Assembly: GCA_910586015.1 (NCBI GenBank)
Contig: CAJUGJ010000013.1
Location: 24,578-88,577, forward strand
Reading direction: 5' to 3'
DNA: 64,000 bases
Source: an uncultured Lachnospiraceae bacterium
GTDB taxonomy: Bacteria; Bacillota; Clostridia; Lachnospirales; Lachnospiraceae
A program made the translations under genes and the position numbers. Shown here one piece after another: positions 57,660 to 64,000 of this stretch (positions within the stretch are counted from its first letter, which is position 1; each line of letters opens with the position of its first letter). Below the pieces are notes generated by a model that was given only the letters and a program-made list of their open reading frames with translations, searched no databases and was not told the origin of the DNA.

Positions 57660-58856
57660 ATGTTATTAAATAAAAAGACAGTAGATGATATTAATGTCAA
57701 TGGAAAAAGAGTATTAGTACGCTGTGATTTTAATGTACCACTTCAGGAAGGAAAAATTACAGATGATACTCGTTTGGTAGCAGCAGTGCCAACAATTAAA
57801 AAATTAATTCAAGATGGTGGTAAAGTAATTTTATGTTCCCATTTAGGAAAGCCAAAGGGAGAACCAAAGCCAGAGCTATCCTTAGCTCCAGTAGCAGAAG
57901 CTTTAACAAAGTTATTGGGTCAACCAGTAAAATTTGCAGCAGATGCAAACGTTGTAGGTGAAAATGCAAAAGCAGCTGTAGAACAGATGAAAGATGGCGA
58001 AGTGGTATTATTAGAAAATACTCGTTATCGTGCAGAAGAGACAAAAAATGGCGAAGCTTTTTCTAAAGAATTGGCTTCTTTATGTGATGTTTTTGTAAAT
58101 GACGCATTTGGAACAGCACATCGTGCACATTGTTCAAATGTAGGTGTAACACAATATGTAGATACCGCGGTTGTAGGTTATTTAATGGAGAAGGAAATCA
58201 ACTTCCTTGGAAATGCTGTCAATAACCCAGCACGTCCATTTGTAGCTATCTTAGGAGGCTCAAAAGTTTCTTCCAAGATTTCTGTAATTAACAATCTGTT
58301 GGAAAAGGTAGACACTTTAATTATTGGTGGCGGAATGGCATATACTTTTATGAAAGCATTAGGAGAAGAAGTTGGAAATTCTCTTTTAGAAGAAGATTAT
58401 ATCGAATATGCAAAAGAAATGCTTGAAAAAGCAAAGAGTAAAAATGTCAATCTGTTAATTCCAGTAGATACTGTAGTAGCTAAGGAATTTTCTAATGATG
58501 CAGCTTATCATACTGTTGAACGTGGACAGATCGGAGCAGACGAACAGGGCTTAGATATTGGAGAAAAGACCTGCAAGCTCTATACAGAGGCAATCAAAAG
58601 TGCAAAAACAGTTGTTTGGAATGGACCAATGGGTGTATTTGAGATGCCAAACTTTGCAAAGGGAACAATTGCAGTAGCACAGGCATTAGCAGATATTGAT
58701 GCAACTACTATTATCGGTGGTGGAGATTCTGCTGCAGCTGTCAACCAACTTGGATTTGGTGATAAGATGACTCATATTTCTACAGGAGGCGGTGCATCCT
58801 TAGAATTCTTAGAAGGAAAAGAACTGCCAGGCGTTGCAGCAGCAAACGATAAATAG
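57660..58856 (+). CDS. pgk: Phosphoglycerate kinase
   Basis: [15 protein letters not shown] and GGGDS motifs. Confidence 0.95.
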   Translation: MLLNKKTVDDINVNGKRVLVRCDFNVPLQEGKITDDTRLVAAVPTIKKLIQDGGKVILCSHLGKPKGEPKPELSLAPVAEALTKLLGQPVKFAADANVVGENAKAAVEQMKDGEVVLLENTRYRAEETKNGEAFSKELASLCDVFVNDAFGTAHRAHCSNVGVTQYVDTAVVGYLMEKEINFLGNAVNNPARPFVAILGGSKVSSKISVINNLLEKVDTLIIGGGMAYTFMKALGEEVGNSLLEEDYIEYAKEMLEKAKSKNVNLLIPVDTVVAKEFSNDAAYHTVERGQIGADEQGLDIGEKTCKLYTEAIKSAKTVVWNGPMGVFEMPNFAKGTIAVAQALADIDATTIIGGGDSAAAVNQLGFGDKMTHISTGGGASLEFLEGKELPGVAAANDK

Positions 58857-58879
58857 AATTTTATAAGGAGAAAAACATC

Positions 58880-59632
58880 ATGGCAAGAAGAAAGATCATT
58901 GCAGGAAACTGGAAGATGAATAAGACTCCAAGTGAGGCGATCAAGTTAATTGAAGAACTCAAGCCTCTCGTAAATAATGAGGAAGTTGACGTTGTTTTCT
59001 GTGTTCCAGCAGTTTCTTTAACAAAAGCAGTAGAAGCAGTAGAAGGTAGTAATATTGCAATTGGTGCAGAAAATATGTTCTATGAGGAAAGTGGTGCATA
59101 TACTGGTGAAATTGCTCCGAATATGTTGACAGATATCGGAGTAAAATATGTTATTATTGGACATTCTGAACGCAGAGAATATTTTGCTGAAACCGATGAA
59201 ACCGTAAATAAAAAGGTACACAAGGCATTTGAACATGGAATTACTCCAATTATCTGCTGTGGAGAGTCTTTAAAACAGAGAGAACAGGGAATTACAATTG
59301 ATTGGATTCGCCAACAGATTAAAATTGCTTTTCTTAATATTAATTCGGATCAGGCAAAAAAGGCTGTTATTGCGTATGAACCAATCTGGGCAATTGGTAC
59401 AGGAAAAGTAGCGACAACAGAACAAGCACAAGAAGTTTGTGCAGCGATTCGCGCCTGCATCGCAGAACTTTATGATACTAAGACAGCACAAGAAATTCGA
59501 ATTCAATACGGCGGAAGTGTTTCTGCATCTAGTGCACCAGATTTATTTGCACAACCAGATATTGATGGTGGTTTAGTAGGTGGTGCAAGTTTAAAGCCAG
59601 ATTTTGGAAAGATTGTAAACTATAATAAATAA
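58880..59632 (+). CDS. tpiA: Triose-phosphate isomerase
   Basis: AGNWKMN, IGHSERR and [10 protein letters not shown] motifs. Confidence 0.95.
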   Translation: MARRKIIAGNWKMNKTPSEAIKLIEELKPLVNNEEVDVVFCVPAVSLTKAVEAVEGSNIAIGAENMFYEESGAYTGEIAPNMLTDIGVKYVIIGHSERREYFAETDETVNKKVHKAFEHGITPIICCGESLKQREQGITIDWIRQQIKIAFLNINSDQAKKAVIAYEPIWAIGTGKVATTEQAQEVCAAIRACIAELYDTKTAQEIRIQYGGSVSASSAPDLFAQPDIDGGLVGGASLKPDFGKIVNYNK

Positions 59633-59634
59633 GT

Positions 59635-59690
59635 GAAAGAAGGCTGTATCAATATGCAGTATGTATGTTGATACAGCTTCTTTCATTTAA
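59635..59690 (+). terminator. Strong rho-independent terminator after tpiA
   Basis: 17-bp stem GAAAGAAGGCTGTATCAA / TTGATACAGCTTCTTTC (59635-59652 / 59668-59684) followed by ATTTAAT. Confidence 0.7.
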
Positions 59691-59721
59691 TATTGTAAGA
59701 AAATGGAGAACTTATAGAAAA

Positions 59722-60216
59722 ATGAAATTTACTTTTTGTCCTGACTGTGGAGAAAGATTAATCAAAAAAGAAATTGGCGATGAAGGGCTTATGAATTATT
59801 GTAAGAACTGTCAAAAACCAATATTTGATCTATTTAGTACCTGTATTATCACCCTTATATTAAATGAGGAAGGACAAGTAGCATTACTTCGGCAAAATTA
59901 TATATCAAAAGAGTTTTATTGTCTTGTAGCAGGATATATTAAATCAGGAGAAACAGCAGAAGAAACTACTTTTAGGGAAACAGAAGAGGAATTAGGAATA
60001 AAGCTACTTCATACCAAATTTTTAAAAAGTTATTATTATCAAAAAAAAGATATGTTGATGTTAGCATTTATTTCAAAAGCAGCTTCAAATGAGTTTCGTC
60101 TTTCTAAAGAAGTAGATGCCGCAGAATGGATTCCTATTTTACAAGCAAAAAAGTTATTGAGAGAAGGTAGCATTGCAAAGCAAGTTGTACTTGATTATTT
60201 AGCAAATTTGTGTTAA
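59722..60216 (+). CDS. NUDIX hydrolase with N-terminal zinc ribbon (NudC-like architecture)
   Basis: CPDCGERL...CKNC zinc ribbon and Nudix box GYIKSGETAEETTFRETEEELGI. Start ATG 59722 lies downstream of the terminator (the ORF opens at 59665). Confidence 0.75.
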   Translation: MKFTFCPDCGERLIKKEIGDEGLMNYCKNCQKPIFDLFSTCIITLILNEEGQVALLRQNYISKEFYCLVAGYIKSGETAEETTFRETEEELGIKLLHTKFLKSYYYQKKDMLMLAFISKAASNEFRLSKEVDAAEWIPILQAKKLLREGSIAKQVVLDYLANLC

Positions 60217-60248
60217 AAATGAAATGAAAGAAAGGATAGGAGGCAGAT

Positions 60249-61796
60249 ATGAGTAAAAGACCAACAGTTTTGATGATTTTAGATGGATATGGATTAAATG
60301 AAAAGACGGAAGGAAACGCAGTAGCATTAGCAAAAACTCCGATGATGGATAAATTAAAACGAGAATATCCTTATGTTCAGGGAAATGCTTCTGGTCTTTT
60401 TGTTGGACTACCAGATGGACAAATGGGAAATTCTGAGGTTGGACATTTGAATATGGGTGCAGGAAGAATTGTCTATCAAGAACTAACAAGAATTACAAAG
60501 TCTATTCAAGATGGAGATTTCTTTGAAAATGAAGAGCTGTTAGCAGCAGTTTCTAATTGTAAAGAACATCAATCTTCTCTTCATTTATTTGGATTGCTTT
60601 CGGATGGTGGAGTACACAGTCATATAGAACATTTAATAGCACTGTTAGAACTGGCAAAACGCAATGGATTGGAAAAAGTATATTTTCATGCCTTTTTAGA
60701 TGGAAGAGATACTGCTCCAACTTCTGGACTTGGTTTTTTAGAAACTGTTTCTGAAAAAATGAGTTCTCTTGGCGTGGGAAAGATTGCTACAGTAAGTGGG
60801 CGTTACTATGCAATGGATCGGGACAACCGTTGGGATCGTGTACAAAAGGCATATGCAGCGTTGGTATATGGAGAAGGTATTCCGGCAGATTCTGCATTAG
60901 AAGCAGTAGAAGCGTCTTATGCAAAAGATGTTACAGATGAATTTGTTGTTCCAACAGTAGTGTTGGAAAATGGTGTTCCAGTTGCTACAATTAAAGATAA
61001 TGATTCTGTTATTTTCTTTAATTTCCGCCCAGATCGTGCTAGAGAAATTACAAGGGCATTTTGTATGGATGATTTTAACTCATTTGAACGAAGAGGCGGC
61101 AGAGTTAAGACAACGTATGTTTGCTTTACGGATTATGATCCACAGATTCCAAATAAAAAAGTAGCATTTCATAAAGTTTCGATTACAAATACATTGGGAG
61201 AATATTTAGCTGCAAATGGAAAAACACAGGTTAGAATTGCAGAAACAGAAAAATATGCACATGTTACATTCTTTTTTAATGGTGGAGTAGAGGCACCAAA
61301 TCCCGGTGAAGACCGAGTTCTTGTTCCTTCTCCAAAGGTTGCAACTTATGATCTACAGCCAGAAATGAGTGCATATCAGGTAAAAGATAAGTTAGTGGAA
61401 GCAATTTGTGGCGGAAAGTATGATGTAGTTATTATTAACTTTGCAAATCCAGATATGGTAGGTCATACCGGAGTTTTAGAAGCAGCAATTAAAGCTATAG
61501 AAGCAGTGGACGAATGTGTTGGAAAAGTTTATGAGGCTTTGCTTTCTGTTGATGGACAGATGTTTATTTGTGCCGATCATGGCAATGCAGAACAGTTAAT
61601 TGACTATCAAAATAGAGAGCCATTTACTGCACATACTACAAATCCAGTACCGTTTATTCTTGTAAATTATGATACAGAATATACATTACGAGATGGAGGA
61701 TGTTTAGCAGATATTGCACCTACAATGTTAGAAATGATGGGAATGGAACAGCCAAAAGAAATGACTGGAAAGAGCCTTCTAATCAAGAAGAATTGA
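60249..61796 (+). CDS. gpmI: 2,3-bisphosphoglycerate-independent phosphoglycerate mutase
   Basis: MILDGYG, MGNSEVGHLN and ADHGNAE motifs, 515 aa. Confidence 0.95.
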   Translation: MSKRPTVLMILDGYGLNEKTEGNAVALAKTPMMDKLKREYPYVQGNASGLFVGLPDGQMGNSEVGHLNMGAGRIVYQELTRITKSIQDGDFFENEELLAAVSNCKEHQSSLHLFGLLSDGGVHSHIEHLIALLELAKRNGLEKVYFHAFLDGRDTAPTSGLGFLETVSEKMSSLGVGKIATVSGRYYAMDRDNRWDRVQKAYAALVYGEGIPADSALEAVEASYAKDVTDEFVVPTVVLENGVPVATIKDNDSVIFFNFRPDRAREITRAFCMDDFNSFERRGGRVKTTYVCFTDYDPQIPNKKVAFHKVSITNTLGEYLAANGKTQVRIAETEKYAHVTFFFNGGVEAPNPGEDRVLVPSPKVATYDLQPEMSAYQVKDKLVEAICGGKYDVVIINFANPDMVGHTGVLEAAIKAIEAVDECVGKVYEALLSVDGQMFICADHGNAEQLIDYQNREPFTAHTTNPVPFILVNYDTEYTLRDGGCLADIAPTMLEMMGMEQPKEMTGKSLLIKKN

Positions 61797-61860
61797 GATT
61801 TTACTTGAAAAGTGATGTAGTTTATGGTAAAATATCGAAAGCGTTGTTTTAGAAGGTATA

Positions 61861-61953
61861 AGATTGAAAATTAAAGTTTTTAATCTGCGAGTTTGTGTCT
61901 GTGCGACATCCACAAACTTGTTATAGATAAGTCGCACAGAAATGAGGAAAGAA
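61861..61953 (+). promoter_or_regulatory. Conserved intergenic element, copy B (interleaved inverted repeats ending at the secG SD)
   Basis: Arms A 61888-61897 / A' 61911-61920 and B 61898-61907 / B' 61931-61940. Near-identical to 14730-14827. Confidence 0.5.
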
Positions 61954-62193
61954 ATGGCAGCATTACGAGTGATTATAACAATACTGTATGTTCTTATCTG
62001 TGTAGCATTAGTAGTTGTAGTATTGATGCAGGAAGGAAACTCAGAAGGGTTATCTGGAGCAATCAATGGAGTTGCAGATACTTATTGGGGCAAGAATAAA
62101 GGACGTTCTATGGAAGGAACTTTAATGAAGGCAACCAAAATATTAGCAGCTTTATTTATTGTATTTTCAGTGGTTTTAAATTTAGGCTGGTAA
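61954..62193 (+). CDS. secG: Preprotein translocase subunit SecG
   Basis: MAALRVIITILYVLICVALVVVVLMQEGNSEGLSGA... is a typical SecG. ATG 61954 follows GAGGAAAG (an in-frame ATG at 61942 lies inside the SD). Confidence 0.85.
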   Translation: MAALRVIITILYVLICVALVVVVLMQEGNSEGLSGAINGVADTYWGKNKGRSMEGTLMKATKILAALFIVFSVVLNLGW

Positions 62194-62227
62194 CTGGTTA
62201 AAAGAAAAACAGAGTTAATTTTCAGAT

Positions 62228-62315
62228 AGAGGCTGTAACAGAGTAGAACAAAAGCAGGAAAGAAAAAAGATAAATTTCGAACTGACTTTTTATACTCTTA
62301 ACAGCTTCTTTTTTA
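62228..62315 (+). terminator. Possible long-loop terminator after secG
   Basis: AGAGGCTGTAACAGAGTA (62228-62245) pairs imperfectly with TACTCTTAACAGCTTCT (62293-62309), followed by TTTTTT. Confidence 0.3.
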
Positions 62316-62342
62316 TTGTTTAATATATCATGGAGGACTTTT

Positions 62343-64000
62343 ATGGAGCAGGAAGAATTAAAAAATAAAAAACAAATGTTGTTAGCATTTATGAAAGAAA
62401 ATACGTATCGACCGATGAAATTAAAAGAATTAGCAGGTTTTTTTCAGATTTCAAAACAGAATCGGGAAGAATTAAAACAAGTGATAAATTGTCTATTAGC
62501 AGAAGGAATGATTGCAGTGGATGAAAAAGGAAGATATCGAATAGAGGGATCTGAGAAAAAGAAAGGAACTTTTTGTGGTACTAGCCGTGGATTTGGATTT
62601 GTTTCCATAGAGGGAATGGAAGAAGATATCTTTATTCCAGAAAGTGAAACAAATGGAGCACTAGACGGAGATATTGTACAAGTACTTTTATTAGAAGAGA
62701 GTACAGGACCTAGAAAAGAAGGAAAAGTTTTAGCAGTTTTAGAGAGAACTTGTAATGAGGTAGTTGGAACATTTGAGGCAAGAAAAAACTTTGGATTTGT
62801 AATTCCAGATAATTTAAAATTTGGGCGAGATATTTATATTGCAAAAGAGCATATATCGGGTGCAGTAGACGGTAGTAAGGTTGTTGTGAAATTAACAGAT
62901 TATGGAGATTCTTCAAGGAATCCAGAAGGATATATAACCGAGATTTTAGGGCATATCAATGATCCAAAAAGTGATGTTTTATCAATTATAAAAGCTTCAG
63001 GAATTCCAACTGAGTTTCCAGAGGAAATAGAAAAAATACTTCGTTTTGTTCCTTTAGAAGTTTCACAAAAAGAATGGGAAAACCGTTTGGATCTAAGAGA
63101 TCTACTTACAGTAACGATTGATGGAGAAGATGCAAAGGATTTAGATGATGCAATAACTTTAACAAAGGAAAATGGAATTTATCATCTGGGTGTGCATATT
63201 GCAGATGTCACTCATTATGTCAAAGAAAATTCTCCTCTCGATGAAGAGGCAAAAAAGAGAGGAACAAGTGTTTATCTGATTGATCGGGTTATTCCTATGT
63301 TACCACATCAACTTTCAAATGGAATTTGTTCTTTAAATGAAGGTTGTGACAGATTGGCATTAAGTTGTTTGATGGAAATTGACGAAAAGGGGACAGTATT
63401 AGGACATCAGATTGCAGAAACAGTAATTCGTGTAAATCGCAGAATGACTTATACCAGTGTTAAAAAGATTTTAGAAGATAAAGATCCAAAAGAATGTAAA
63501 AAGTATAAAGAGTTTGTTTCTACTTTTGAATGTATGGAAGAGCTTGCAGACTGTCTAAGACAAAAAAGAAGAAAAAGAGGTTCGATTGACTTTGATTTTC
63601 CAGAAAGTAAATTAAAATTGGATTCTAATGGGAAACCAATAGAGATTGAACCATACGAAAGAAATAAAGCAACAAAAATTATTGAAGACTTTATGCTAAT
63701 TACCAATGAAACAATAGCAGAAGATTTTTACTGGCAGGAACTTCCGTTTGTCTACCGCAGTCATGAACAGCCAGATTTAGAAAAAATTCAAAAACTTTCT
63801 GTTTTGATTAACAATTTTGGATATCATATCCACACTGGAGGAGAAGAGATGCACCCAAAAGAACTTCAAAAACTTTTGGCAAAGATAGAGGACTCTCCAG
63901 AAGAAGCCTTAATTAGTCGTCTTACACTACGTTCTATGAAACAGGCAAGATATACAACCGATTGTGTAGGACATTTTGGATTGGCAGCAAGATATTATTG
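62343..64000 (+). CDS. rnr: Ribonuclease R (N-terminal ~552 aa; continues past the window end)
   Basis: Not in the ORF track because no stop falls in the window. ATG 62343 follows SD TGGAGGA. Translation shows an HTH/cold-shock N-terminus and the RNB motifs TIDGEDAKDLDDAITL and VIPMLPHQLSNGICSLNEG. Conserved secG-rnr order. Confidence 0.9.
   Translation, partial: MEQEELKNKKQMLLAFMKENTYRPMKLKELAGFFQISKQNREELKQVINCLLAEGMIAVDEKGRYRIEGSEKKKGTFCGTSRGFGFVSIEGMEEDIFIPESETNGALDGDIVQVLLLEESTGPRKEGKVLAVLERTCNEVVGTFEARKNFGFVIPDNLKFGRDIYIAKEHISGAVDGSKVVVKLTDYGDSSRNPEGYITEILGHINDPKSDVLSIIKASGIPTEFPEEIEKILRFVPLEVSQKEWENRLDLRDLLTVTIDGEDAKDLDDAITLTKENGIYHLGVHIADVTHYVKENSPLDEEAKKRGTSVYLIDRVIPMLPHQLSNGICSLNEGCDRLALSCLMEIDEKGTVLGHQIAETVIRVNRRMTYTSVKKILEDKDPKECKKYKEFVSTFECMEELADCLRQKRRKRGSIDFDFPESKLKLDSNGKPIEIEPYERNKATKIIEDFMLITNETIAEDFYWQELPFVYRSHEQPDLEKIQKLSVLINNFGYHIHTGGEEMHPKELQKLLAKIEDSPEEALISRLTLRSMKQARYTTDCVGHFGLAARYY

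Noticed and set aside
61942-61953. Upstream in-frame ATG (61942) as the secG start. Similar upstream extensions occur for other ORFs (80, 23969, 30222, 32445, 34528, 36673, 40886, 55226, 55805, 59665).
   Set aside because: In each case a downstream start codon has a properly spaced Shine-Dalgarno sequence and/or matches the conserved family N-terminus. Several of the extensions run through terminator hairpins or SD sequences.

Overview
This 64-kb window looks like a low-GC Firmicutes (Clostridia-type, spore-former-like) chromosomal segment. The taxon cannot be proven from the sequence alone. Most genes are on the + strand and are housekeeping.

Gene content, in order:
- dTDP-rhamnose operon (rfbABCD) behind small EamA-like membrane proteins and an acyltransferase-3
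- galT
- a helicase IV/HelD-like SF1 helicase
- ftsH, mnmA, rqcH, pyk
- ytfI/ytfJ-like sporulation genes
- rpmB, then asp23-yloV-recG
- an AAA+ (SpoVK/CbbX-like) gene leading a galactofuranose (glf) glycosylation cluster with two very large polytopic membrane proteins
- a short AT-rich decaying islet (XRE regulators, a repeat-bearing DUF4397 protein, a frameshifted small-membrane-protein paralog, an EEP gene remnant)
- GDPD, a SPOR-amidase, UPF0371
- a CobW-type metallochaperone pair
- topB, yicC-remA-rpoZ, a cotF-like pair
- gap-pgk-tpiA-(NUDIX)-gpmI, secG, and the start of rnr

By eye I found no rRNA, tRNA, CRISPR array, intact mobile element, prophage or canonical defence system.

The most unusual signals are non-coding:
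1. A ~95-nt intergenic element occurs twice (ftsH|mnmA and gpmI|secG). It has interleaved, pseudoknot-topology inverted repeats that end at the Shine-Dalgarno sequence.
2. A tandemly duplicated 'TATAAT + hairpin' module lies at 25.4 kb.
3. A tnpB (IS200/IS605) remnant keeps a perfect consensus promoter and an apparently intact right-end hairpin.

All calls come from reading the ORF translations and the DNA by eye. No database search was run and repeat scanning was not exhaustive.
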